From: Phoronis australis
Taxonomy: Eukaryota; Animalia; Phoronida
Direction of reading: 5' to 3'
DNA length: 64,000 nucleotides
Assembly: GCA_002633005.1 (NCBI GenBank)
Contig: NMRA01000089.1
Coordinates: 496,001-560,000, forward strand
Position numbers and translations under genes: made by a program. The notes below the pieces were generated by a model, which ran no database searches, had not been told where the DNA came from, and was given only the letters and a program-made list of their open reading frames with translations. Shown one piece after another: positions 12,367 through 25,275 of this stretch (position 1 is the first letter of the stretch; every line of letters begins with the position of its first letter).

Positions 12367-15300
12367 CCAGTTTTACGAATTATTCATTTTTAAATCACCT
12401 GACCAAAGTAGAGCCATCAAGGAAAATTGATTTCAGTGGCAAAAACAAAATTTTCTCCTGGGCAGAACAGGGGAAACCCCCACTCCTGACCTAATAATTG
12501 GAGATGCAGTTAAACCCCAGATTTCAGATTTCATACTCATGAGCATCCGTGGTTATAAATCAATTGTTTGTCTTCCACAAAGCTGGGCACAGTTTACAAT
12601 TCATAACAAATTACATATATCGGTGTCAATTTATTGATTTTTGTAAGTCTAGTATTTTATTAAGTGCAGACTGAATTTCTGGGCTAATTTTTCTTTGGCG
12701 AAGTTGTCATCATCTCTCGAAAGATGCCGATCAAATGGTTTGTGTATGTCTCTGGATTATTCTGGTTTTAAGTTGACAACAGACTTCTTTGTCACAAAAG
12801 CTGGAAAATGATGCAAGAAAATTACGTTCATTATATTGTTTTTCACTACGGCTGTAATCTCTTTGACGACTATAATGGTCAAAATGAGTGTCGGTTGACT
12901 CCCAGATTATGTTGTGTCCGGTCGTCAACCTTCCATGTTGATATACATTTCATGTCAAGATGGTGAACAACACTACTCGCATAGTGTGAAATTTTGGGGT
13001 AAAAAAATGCACGTTCATTATGTAGATTACATAGCTGTATTTTGACTCTACAGCTAGCTTGACAGCTGGCTAAGTCACTGACACTGTCAGTGTACATAAA
13101 ACAATAAATTTAACAATAGGAGAAACTAATTTTTAATTTAGACCACTTTTTGATTTAGAATTGGTCACATTCAAGTATTTCCTTACTCAAATGAAGAATT
13201 TCTGGTCTGGAGAAGAACTGATGGTTTTTTAGAGCCCCTATGCTGAGTGTTTAAAATGACCCACAATGACAATTTAATGCCACCTTACCAAGCCTCATCT
13301 GAAGTCATAGATTTTCTTTCCATGTCTAGAAATCCTGTCTAATCTGAATAAGGGACAAATGAAAGCCCAACTTAAAGCGGTGGTTTTAATCAAAAGTTAG
13401 TCTTTTGACAGGTTTTAAGTTGCTTTAAAACCTGCAACTTTCATGCATAAATCTTGATCAATAATCTAACCTATATAAAATATTAATTTACACATTTTAC
13501 AACTGACCAAGGTTGACTCGTTCAATTGCTTACAGCATCAACAAGCAGCATTTGTGTGGAGTATGTCTAACATGCCAATAGATGGCTCTAGGAATGTTTA
13601 ACAATGATTTCTCTCTGCATGACTCCAGAGCCTAGTCACTCCAGATGTTTCACTAGACTAGGGTCATACTTTTCCAGTTGAAGCAGCCTAATGTGCAATC
13701 AGTGTTCACTGCATGGGGTTACTCAACTATATTTTTGGCTGAGAGACAGCTGGAAAATAGGGATACTTGTCTATTGAGAGAGTGGACTCCTAAACAGTGA
13801 CCCATTTGTAGAGAATTTCTTTCATTGGGGCTTTCGTTCCAGAAAAGACACCTTTTACGCGAGATAGTTGGGTAACCCTTTCTTGAACAGCTCAATTTTT
13901 AACCCATTTCAAATGATATAAGAAGAGATGCCATGTTGTTTGAAATGAATTTCGTTTGGGGCACAAGTATAGATCAATTAAAAATCCTTCTGTACACATT
14001 TTGTAGTTGGAAACGGTTTCCTTTAAGTAGAGTTTTGAATTCACTACGAGAACGCTTTTGTAAGTAATTTGTTAAAAACGCACCTTCTTTGTGTGGGGGG
14101 GAGGGGATGCTATACATTTGCAATCTCGACCAACACAGTACCTAGTCGACTGGACAAATGAGCCCCCGAGACCAAATGATGAAATCCCATAGGTAGCCAC
14201 TTCTTTCATTAGCCCACCTGAGATGATAACATGTCTACCTGAGGCGATACCTACAGACTGGGCAAAATACCCACATGAGAGGGTAAAATGCTCAACTGAG
14301 AGTGTAAATTACCTGACTGAGGTAACGGCATGTCCGTTTCTTACCCTCCTATTGGAGAGTCCCCACGGGTACTAGTGTAGTCATGGAAACAGCGAGAGCT
14401 AATTAAACCCCTAGTAAAACGCAATCTATACTAAACTCATGAAAATCATGTTCTTAAAATATCCAAATCAATGTCATTGTAGAATTTATGGTTGACACAG
14501 ACTTTAAGCCGTGTCAGGCGTCATGGCCATTATACTTGGGAGGTTAATTACATCTCAAGTTGTTATTTGTACAGCCTTTCCTTAAGCCTAAGGCGTTTTG
14601 TAATTGGCTTTCTATTTACTTCATTGTAACCTTTTGCAAAAGCTAAAAATGCTGGAGGCACCGACCAATGTTCCATATTATTATCAATGAGTCGGTTTTA
14701 ACTTGCTCTTGACTGTGTAATTTGATGTTCAGAGCATTTTTGTTTCTGGTCTACTGCTGGGCTCTGCAAACTGTGAGGGTTTAAATAATATCCAATACGA
14801 CTCAGTTCATTGGAGTTTGTTTGTACATATTCTTTGAACTAAAATTCAGTGCATGGTAAGGGAAATTACTTGGTACTTATTATTAGTTGATCCTCAATCT
14901 TAGACTCAGAGAAAGCTCTAAGAAAAGTGAAAATCCGATATTTTTGGTGTGTGCACTGTGTTAAATTGTCCTGAAGTGCTTTTTATGCGTCCCCATATTT
15001 GTGCATTATGCTGTCACTATTGTAATGCACCAATCAGGTCTCGTTTCTTGTCTGATTTCCGTGATTCCTTTATATAGCACGCTTTAGTCCAGACTTAGTG
15101 TAACAAAATATAATTGTCTATAACAGATATGCAACAATTAACTATGTTAATGTTGAGTAGATAACAGAGTCACGAATAGCAGTAATAAAAGGATTTTCAT
15201 AGTTGGAAAGATGACACAAGACGTGAAAAACAAGTTTCTGCAACATGATTTTACATGACTGAAAATCAAAGACACCGTTGTTAAGTCATCAGTATACAGG

Positions 15301-15944
15301 AGAAGGTTCATCCTAGTATTTGAGGTACAACAGCCAACAGCATGGCAATCTCTTACATAAACTATCTACATGAACATTAAGCAATTAAGATGAAAGAATA
15401 CCGCATTGTTGTACACCATTAGAGACAAAGAAATTGGAGGAGTCCTATACTTGGTACCCCAACATGAGCGGGTTGAATTCCAGTAAATTAAGATGTGGGT
15501 GGTATTATCCAGGTATAGCTTTTGTTAAGAGCTTAATATTTTAATATTAAATATTTCAAAAGCTTTTAAAAGTAGTGTCACGTGATCAAGTCTATCAAAT
15601 GCCTTATTGGCATCCAGAAAAGCACTTCTATTTATATTATGATATGCACTGGCAAGTTCATTCAAAACATAGATGCAGTGATCAGCACTGTGTTGTTTCT
15701 TTAAACCAAAGTGATTAGAATTGGTAATTAAAAAGCCATTTAAACAGTTAACTAATGCAATTTCAAAAACTTAAATAATAACACTGACCACTGAAAAGTA
15801 ATTGTCTTTGGAAGTGAGACCACCAGTTTTGTCTTTCAAAACAGTAGATACGAGAGGTATAAGATTCAGGTAGCACAGTTTGAACTTGAAAACTTGTAAA
15901 GCAACTGGCAAAGTAAATCAATAAGCTTCACAGAGGCATTCTTA

Positions 15945-17851
15945 GGATATCTCAAACCATATTCACAAAAATTGGCCGTTTTTACAATATTTCACGCATT
16001 TCTAGCAAAAACCTTGTCTTCATCGCGTACAAAATATGTACAGTGTAGTGAGAAAAAAGATTTAGCAGAACCACCTTGGAACTGCACAGCCGCGTGGAAA
16101 TTTGTTTACTACTTATCTGAGGTCAAAGGTTAAAGGGCTGTCTCTCAAATAGAATCTCCTGCCAGGCATAGAGCAGCTCGGTATTTGCCCTCAATTCTTT
16201 CCTTAAATGTGTCACCATAAAATTGAGCCAGCGAGGTGTACACATGAGAGAAAGATGCTGGGGAAAACTAAGACAAAACTTAGTTTTGATCCTAAAGGAG
16301 TTATACATCTACATGTATACGGACCATAGACATGTCAAGAATTGCACGATAACACGTGGCTTACCTCAAAATCTAACTGCTACCTGGTGGTTTGGTATTT
16401 TGCCCAATTATGTTGCACATTAATTAACGAGGAACTTATTATTCCAACAAACCTTATTTAGTGGCCTCCATTCTAAGTCATATATAAAAAAATTGGTTTT
16501 GTCAACTTTTAAAAGTACTATATTTTCTGAAAGAAAAAAGATCAGGTAATATAAAATGTTTTATATTTATGTACCATTATTATTATTACATTAACACCTT
16601 TTTTAAGTCAAATTTTTCATTTTTAAAAAAGGCACATTCATAGCTAATAAACCCCTCGGATTTAAATGAAATTTTTTTAAAGGAAAACTTCACCAGTTAC
16701 CTCAAAAACGATGTTAGCAATTTTCGATTGTTCTTTTTGTTTGGTTTCTATGAGAAATGAAGTCGCAAAGTGTGAAGTATTGTTGTAAAAAATAGGAGTC
16801 ATATTCATCTTTGTTATATTACACAACAACTAGGTCTTTTATGTCAAAAATCCTTACAGAGGTTTTTAGATTAATGAATAAATTTTAAGTTTGGAAAGTT
16901 TGTGTGAAGTCCACCACGCTGTTTTGGAGAACTCTTGTTCCTGAGCCAATATGCCGAATCTGAGAAAATGCCGATTAAGTTGGGACATGTCTTCGCTTAA
17001 TTATTCGATAAAAACTTATTTTCGGTCAATGTAACCTGTACACCCCTTAGTTGCGTTCATTATTTCAACATTCACGTGCAATATGAACTGAGTATGCAGT
17101 GCGTAATTAACTTAATCACAAAAATGTTTAACCAGCGAAGTCGATTTCCAAAGTATCTAGTCCAAGTAAGTTATGAGTGGAGCCAACATATTAAGTGGAT
17201 CAAGCTGGTGTACTGTAGTCCCACTTTAAAGTAGGTCAACAGTTCATTGTTATCCACACCACTTGCTGGGAGACTGACATGAAACCTAAGTATGAAATGG
17301 ATAGCAGAAATCGAGCCGGTGGTTAAAGCACTTGTGTATGAGATCGAAACAGTGAAATGTCAAATTACCTGAATTAAGGAATTTGGGTCAGGATTTATCT
17401 CCTCTCACAACTTGCTGTGTTCGTGAACACAAAGTCACAGAGGCATGAGACGAGTTGTAGCATTTGTTCTCAATCGTGGTATACATGCAGACATACAGCG
17501 CCATCTGTTATGTCTTTGTTTTCCCCGGCATCTTTCTTTCACGTGTACACATTGTTGACTCAATATTATAGCTACTCAGTGAATGAAAGGACTGAGGGTA
17601 CATACGAAGCTGCTCTGTGCCTAGTGGGAGGTTCGATTTGAGTGACAGCCCCGTAACCTGTTCCCTCAGATAAGTAGTAAATAAATTTCCGCATGGTTGC
17701 GTGGTTCCAAGATGGTTGTGCTAAATCTTTTTTTCTCGCTACAGGGTGTGTATTTCGTATTTGAAGTTCCCGAGAATAAAGATTACTAGCATTTTGCTAG
17801 ACTTTAGTGAAATATTGTAAAAATGGACAATTTTTAAAGTTGGAGACATCC
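15945..17851. mobile_element. Old TTAA-type element with ~70-bp diverged TIRs
   Basis: Left ggatatctc...aaaaattggccgtttttacaatatttcac matches the reverse complement of right gtgaaatattgtaaaaatggacaattttt...gagacatcc|ttaa. Confidence 0.55.
16445..17130 (+). repeat. Left arm of ~680-bp diverged inverted repeat
   Basis: Collinear by eye with the reverse complement of 18440-19090 (e.g. ccttatttagtggcctccattc / gaatggaggctactaaataagg; tttggtttctatga / tcatagaaaccaaa). Confidence 0.75.
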
Positions 17852-18439
17852 TTAAACAAACGTTTTAGGTTGTAAAAGTCGCATTTCTTGTGCAACTTTC
17901 GAAATTCAAAAACCTAATCACATGTGCTTTACACAAACTTTCCATTATGCTATTTACAAACTTTCAAAACGAAAATTTAAAAATGCTATTGTTGCCCCCA
18001 ATGTGTTTGTGATGGTCTGATTATCTAGAGAACAATAACATCAGCAGTGTGAGGCAATTTAACTGACCACAACAGCATGATGTCTTTGATCTGAACCAGC
18101 AGATTCTGTGGTGCGCAAACTGGTCGAGCTGCCTAATCTCGACTGGTTGGGGTGTCTACGTAGGATTCTTTTCATGGAGAACGAACGGTCCGAGTCGCCG
18201 CACGTTACTGTGACTTTGAGTTAACGAACACAGCAACTTGTGAAAAGAGATAAATGCTCACCAAAGTTTATTAATTTGATAGTTAATTTGGCATTTCACT
18301 GTTTCAACCTCGAGTTCACGACACGCTTTAAGTGCAGACTCGATTTCTGTTGTCTATTTCGTACTTGGTTTCATATCAGTCTCCCGATTCATGGTGTGTA
18401 TAAGACTGAATTGACCCTGCCTGTCCGACCGGAGACAAA

Positions 18440-19090
18440 TTTAACGTTTTAGTGGTAATTAGGTTAATTGCACACTGCAAATTCAGTTGACATTGCAAGT
18501 GAATGTTGAAATAGGGAACATGGTTAGGGCATGTGTTGGTTGTATTGACCGAAAACAAGTTTTCGCCAAATAATTAACTGAAGGCAACATAATCGTCTTT
18601 TTCTCATATCTTCGGCAAATCGACTTAATTTGCTAATAGCAAGACAAGTTCTCGAAAATGGCTTGATAGATCTCACTGAAACTTTCCAAACTTTATATTT
18701 ATTCATCAATCTAAAAAAATGTTGTTAGGATTTTCGACTGCTATTTTTACAAATTTACCTTGCATTTTATGAGTTGATTTGTCATAGAAACCAAACTATG
18801 AGACTAATCGAAAATTCCTAACGAGGTTTTTGAGGTAAATGGTGATGCCTTCATTTAAAAAGGTTTCTTTAAAATTGACTGAGGAGTTATTTTGGTATGA
18901 ATGTACCTTTCTTAAAATGAAAATTTTGACTTAAAAAGGTGTTAATTTAAAAATAATGGTAATGGCACATAATATATAATCATATTTTTATAAATCTTAA
19001 TCTTTTTTCTTTCAGAAATTACTTTAATAGTTGAAAAACTCCGTTTTATGATATACGAGTTGGAATGGAGGCTACTAAATAAGGATTGAT
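18440..19090 (-). repeat. Right arm of ~680-bp diverged inverted repeat
   Basis: See 16445-17130. Confidence 0.75.
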
Positions 19091-19390
19091 CAACATTACT
19101 GAATGAATCATCGGTATAAAATTCTTGGACATTTTGAATATTAGTGAGAAAACAATTACGAAGCTGATGAAAATGACTCTTTAGAGGTTGGCAGTGACAG
19201 GATTACCGCAGGTGTTATCAATGTTTAAAGGCAAAGGCGTGCCACTATCGTTAATAGACTTAATCTCCTTTCAAAAGCTAACGAGTCCAGATCAGACAAT
19301 TTCCATGCTACTGGAATCTTCACTTAGCTTATTTCATGTTTTTTGATGTTATGTTGTATATACTTGAGCTTGGTGAGACGCATTGGTTTT

Positions 19391-21163
19391 ATGCGCCCAC
19401 ATATTTATTCATGGACATATTATGCCGTCATCTCCGGCCGTCCGTTCGTCCGTCCGGGCGGCATCCGTCCGGCGTCTACCGCTCTATCTCCAAAACCGAT
19501 TGACGTTCATGAAATTTTACACATGTTCCTTTCATGGATGGGACGGCACGAGTGAACTTTCGGACGGATCCAGCTACCGGTGTGCCCCCCTAGTGGCAAT
19601 TTTAGTTTTTTACGTTTACCTCTGTATCTTCAAAGGTCCTCTACGTATTTTTATAAAATTTGGTATATAGGCATCTATCAGTGAGAAAACAGTATCTTTC
19701 CATTTTCAGATGGATTCCACATAGTTTGCGCCAGCTAGTGGACATTTTTAGTGTTTTCAAGAGTCTGTTTTTTAGCGTCCACCCCTCTATCAACCAAACC
19801 GCTCTAAGCATTATTGTTAAAATTGCCATGTATGTTCTTACTATTCTTGCTGTGAAGAAGATGGTTGATGATGATTTTCCGACTACTTGAATTACTGTGG
19901 TGCCTCCTAGTGGCAGTTTTGTTTTTTTGCGCCTATGGCTATATCTTCTAAACCGTTTGCAGGATCTTTACTAAATTTAGTAAGTGCATTTATATGATGT
20001 GGACAACTGACGATGACAGCTTTCGGACAGATTTGACTACTGGTGTGCCACCTAGTGCCAATTTTATTTTTTTTTACATTTACCTCTGTATCTTCAAAGG
20101 TCCTCAACATATTTTCATAAAATTTGGCGTACAGGCTTCTGTTAGTAAGGTGACACTCTCTTTCTGTTTTCAGATGGATTCGACCTAGTTTGTGCCACCT
20201 AGTGGCCATTTTTACTGTTTTGGAGTCTGTTTTTTGGTGTCCACCCCTCTATCAACCAAACTGCTTTCAGGATAATTGTGAAAATTGGCATGTATCTTGT
20301 TACTATGAAGTGGACGGTTGACGATAATTTTCCGATGACTTCGACTACTGTGGTGCCTCCTTGTGACAGTTTCGTTTTTTTTCGTCATGGCTGTATCTCC
20401 TAAACCGTTTGCAGAATCTTTACTAAATTTAACAAGTGTGTTGATACCATGTCGGCAACGGACGACGACGATTTTCGGATGGATGTGACTACTGGTGTGC
20501 CCCCTGGTGGCAAGTTTAGTTTTACGTTTACCTCTGTATCTTTAAAGGTCCTCAACAGATTTTCATAAAATTGTGAATACGGGCATCTATTGATGAGATG
20601 ACGCTATCCTCCTGTTTTCGGATGGAATCAAGGTATTTTGCGCCACCTAGAGTCCACCATTTTTGCTGTTTTCGAGTCTTTTTTTTGGCGTCTACCTATC
20701 TATCATTCTAAGAGTGGTTTTGAAAATTAGCCTATGTTCTCAGTGTGAAGAGGACGATTGACGGTGATGACTTTGACTACTCTGGCGTCTCCTAGTGGTA
20801 GTTTGTTTCGTTTTGTTTTTGTGCCCATAGCTGTATCTCCTAAACCCACTGCAGAAACTTTATTAAATTTAGTAAATGTATTTATGTGAAGCTAACAGAC
20901 AATGACGACTTTTAGGCGGATCCAGTGAACACTGTGCCCCGTAGTGGCAATTTCATTTTATTCTGTTTTCCATGACGGATTTCTATGAAATTTGGTGCAT
21001 AACTTTCTATTAAAAGCAATTACATATTCCCGTTTTTGGATGGATTGTGCATTTTTGCGCTATCTAGTGGCCATTTTTATGACACAAATAAGCCACCCTA
21101 AAAGCACACCATTTGCGATGTATTCATGGGCGCATTTCAACGCTTTCAGCATTGTTGTTGTTA
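19391..21163 (+). mobile_element. Helentron-associated non-autonomous element (HINE/DINE-1-like), long copy with ~11 internal ~150-bp units
   Basis: T-run, 5' subTIR atgcgccca, (GTCC)n-like microsatellite, internal tandem units, 3' subTIR tgggcgcat (21127-21135), then hairpin caacgct..agcattg and a T-rich end. This is the established DINE-1/HINE architecture. Confidence 0.85.
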
Positions 21164-23673
21164 TTGTAATCGTGTGTAGGATGAGTGCTTTTTTTTGGCC
21201 ATTTACTCGAGCTTCTGAATCAATCAACATTGTTTTTGCCTTATTCATGGTCATTATTGTCACGAGTCCCTTTTCCTTTTCATCTCTGTCACCATTAGTC
21301 ACTGTATAGCATCCTTTTCATTGAGTTTTGGCCTTTTGATTGATTGATTGATTGTGTATTACACGACACTCAGCTGTCATGTTATAGTGTCCGCCTGGTT
21401 GGGGTTTTTGCTGACATTTGCATTGTATGCTTTAGGTATATACTGCAGGGACATCACAGCATCATTGTTGATGGTTAGGGCAGCGCCAGCTTTGTCTTTT
21501 TATTCAAGTTGGGATAATTTCGTAAGCCTATTCCTTCAAAGGGATTATTGGACAACTGAATTTTAAGCCCAAACCTGAAACATGTCAAAACTGAGGGTAT
21601 TGTTTTAAGCGTATTTACTTCCATTCTCTCAAATATTAGTAAACAATTCAGGCACTTGGTAAACGCTCTTAGCATTCCCATATTGGTCAGTTAACCGTGA
21701 TAGCCAGTCAGAGCTCTACACATCGAAATGCTCCTATATGTCATTGATAAACATGTAGCATTCTGTGGTGTAAGTAGCGTATATCGATATTTTTATTACT
21801 GAATTTGATTCCTAATTTGGAGAGGTTATGAAGTTATAATATCAGCGAAAATCCTTATTGACCACTCATATCACTGCTAATCTTGCTATGGAAACTTTGT
21901 TTTAATTGCTTTTAAAATTTTTTTTGTGAAGTAATGGAAATCTCATCATGATTCGATCTTCGGCAGTAATCTTCTTGTTCTCTATTACTTCACCACTGCA
22001 CTACCAGCATGTCACTAAGTAGAAAATCTTTTTAAATTTTTTTGTGTTATCTGGATTCGGTAAATATATAAACTCCTCAATGAATGCAAACCTCCATCGA
22101 GGCTCTGCAGTTCAAACCATCATGCTATTGTACAAAAGATGTTTTTTCAAAGCTTAAATTGTTGACTGTCTTTGAATACACATTGACCCAAACTTTGGTG
22201 TTTTCACGCTGAGCATGCTGAAGGCCCTTTCATACTAACTTAACTCAGGTATGAGTGGATTGTCAATGTAAACTTTTAAGTACCAGCTTCGGCAGTTAAC
22301 AACATCGAAGTAAACGGTAGGTGACGCTGTCATCATCGAAGTAATCGTAAGACAGTGCTGATGTATCCCGTGCAACATGTGCGTGTGCAAAGCAGAATAT
22401 ATTAAGCAACAATTAGCGGCGACATTGTCTTTTAATTGTTGATGATTGTAGTGGACCCTGGCGATACCTTCGTTGAGACCAGAGTTGACCAGTCATAACG
22501 CACCGCAGCGTTGACGCTCCGCTGTTAAATCTACCTGTTTGCTCTAAAGTTAAGTGGCACTGTTAACTTCGATTCAGGGCCTAAATTAGCCATTCAATAC
22601 GTAACTGACCACAACTCCCCAAAACATCGTGTCAATGTTAGTATGAAAGGGCGTTGACACACAGCTTATAATTGCATTCATATTTTATTTATCGAATGAA
22701 GTTTGTTTTGTCTGTTGTATATCTGCAAATCATGGTGTCTTTCCCAAAACAGAATTGATTGTTCTGCTGTGGTAGCCAACTTACTGAATGAGTAATCGAT
22801 GTACAATCATCAAAAGTTCAAACATATCTTCCCCTCAATTGCTTAGCGGATATAGCCATATAATAAAACAATTATTGGCTTCCACACTCGATCAATGTGT
22901 TGAGTTTTCAGACCCTCAAAATGTGATAATGACCTTGACACTTGGTTACAGTAGCATCATTTACATGTGATTTTTTTCTGCCATTTCTTTGCTATTTTTA
23001 CACACAATTTTTAATGGTAATCTTTGTGGCTATGTGCATGATGATTTTCTCCTCTATTTCTCTGATGTTTTACATCGTGTCCTCTTTTAGCAAGCGAGGG
23101 GGTTTTGTTGCTCTCGTTTGTCTGGAGAATACAACCTTCCTCTGACCACGTACTTGTTTTGTGCTCCATGGCAAATGGAGTGAAGGGATGTCATGAAGTG
23201 CAATGCATTTGGTGAGCCACCTCTGGTGTCTGCAGGTAGCCTATAGTGTTGTATTACAGCTGCCATATTTTACTCGGCATTTGCTGAGTAAAATCTACTA
23301 TTTTTAACGAGTAATGAAATGATGATAAAAATTGAGGTTTTTTTCGGTATGTTGAAATGACGATGAAAAATAGCGATCAAAATGGCTATTAAAATGTCTA
23401 TGTAAATACACCTATAATATCTTATGGTCTGAAAACCAATATATTGTCCTGGGTGAAAGTTAATAATTTGCAACCAAGACATAGATAATGAAGATGTCCT
23501 TAGATTTGTTTAGGAAAAAGGGATCTCTGTTTATAGTTTTGAATTCTTAAGTTCTAATTTAAACCCTTTCGTCAGAATTAAATTTATAGTAATTTAAACC
23601 CTTTCGTCAGAATTAAATAGTAAAAAGCACCCTTTTGCTTGGAATGTGGTTGTGAAAAGGTCACTCTCTGAGT

Positions 23674-23829
23674 GGGGCGGATCCAGGATTTTTTAAAAGG
23701 GGGTCCTGATCAAGGATCTTTTTCAAAGGGGGATCCAAGTCAAGAATTTGAAAATTCTAGATTTGATATAACTAAAGTCAAAGGATTAAAGGGGCGGTTC
23801 TGGACCCCCATGACCCCCCGGATCCGCCT
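23674..23829. mobile_element. Short hAT-like MITE (GGCGGATCC...GGATCCGCC)
   Basis: ggggcggatccagg ... cccggatccgcct inverted ends. A related right end (aaatccgccactg) lies at ~34351-34364. Confidence 0.6.
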
Positions 23830-24235
23830 TTGGATAATGCAGATGATTTGAAGTTGGAATTTTGTTGGTTTTTAAATTGAAAAGTGGAGGTGCATATCAT
23901 TAGAGGTTTATCAATTTTTGCTGATTTTAATGATGATGATGTCCTGGAATATGACCATAATTCTTGCCAGTTGTGGATTATTTGACACGGGTTTAATGGA
24001 AAAGGATGTTTTTTTTTTTACTTTTAACAGCATAAACTTGGATATTCTATTGTCCAGTACGACATTAAGTTTTCTCCACAGCAATAGTGACTTGCAGGGG
24101 TCCCACATTTTAAGAACCAGTTTGATGCCCATTGTTTATTGGAGAAAACTGGTTCTCGAAATACTGGCTTCAACGTACCAAAATTGCTGATCTATAATTA
24201 GTTTAGTATTCATGTTTTTTAATTTTTCAGCCTGG

Positions 24236-24345
24236 ATGTACAAGGTGCTTCAAACAGGACTTACCAGCCTACTTAGAAGTAGATTTCACAATCTGCTCTA
24301 CTACTCCCAAAAAACCATGATGGCAGACGACATTACATTTTTAGG
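24236..24345 (+). CDS. NAXE: NAD(P)HX epimerase, N-terminal coding exon (presequence-like region MYKVLQTGLTSLLRSRFHNLLYYSQKTMMADDITFLG)
   Basis: Acceptor ttttaatttttcag at 24230 (exon starts 24231) and donor GG|gtaagc at 24346, phase 2. It splices in frame to 62233 giving [13 protein letters not shown], matching the NAXE 'VKYLS-QEEAQAVD' region. Confidence 0.75.
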
Positions 24346-25275
24346 GTAAGCCCACCAAGTGTTCACTAGGCTGTACTTAACTTACTGCTTCAGTTTTGAA
24401 CAAAAGGTAAATTATGGTAAAAACTTCAGTTTAGGACATAATGTGACAGATGAGTGGAATTTCACATCGTCAAATTTCTGGACAATGTAATAACTGTTAA
24501 GAAAATATAACCCTTTTGAAGTAGCGAACCAAACAATGTTTAATAATTTGCTATGATGTAAGTCAACACTGAAACATTTTTGAAAGAATTAAGTTATCCT
24601 TCATTCGTACCCTTAAGAGACGTCTTTGCTGATTGTACACGCGATATGATACAACTGTGCAATTACTGTGTTATCCAACAGTGAAATACGGAAAAACTAC
24701 TTTTCCATTTTTCACATCTGAAATAACTACACTGTTATTCTCCACTGAAGTTTGGTCAACATGAATAGGAATTGCTGCGGTTATTTTACAGCACATGCGA
24801 ACCTGATGGTATTCATAGTTTTCAATGAACTGTCATCTTCACACTATACCAGGCCTCTGTGCAGCGTACGTCCTGGGCGTCCAAATGGACGTCCCAGCAC
24901 TTAAATCTGGACGCCCTGGCAAGGACGCCCAATGTATCATTTGGACACCCACTGTCAATAGGAACCTTTCAAGTTTGGACTCACACATTGTAATGAATAC
25001 TAGGAAGCCTCTGATGGCTCACAGTGGGGGCTCTTTTTTCAAAGCAGGAAGAAATATACAATGTATATACAAAGTATATGCATTGGTGCTATTTTGACGA
25101 TTGACAGCATTGTAAAAGTCTTGGTCTACACATTTTTTTAGTAAAAATGCTCACCATAGAAGGCTGTTTTATAAACTTAGATGTAAAAACCTTGATCTAT
25201 GCATTTTTTTGTAAAAAAATCTGTGTTTGGGGTTATTGCTGGGGGTGGGGGGGTTACGCGTCGGAATCATGGACN

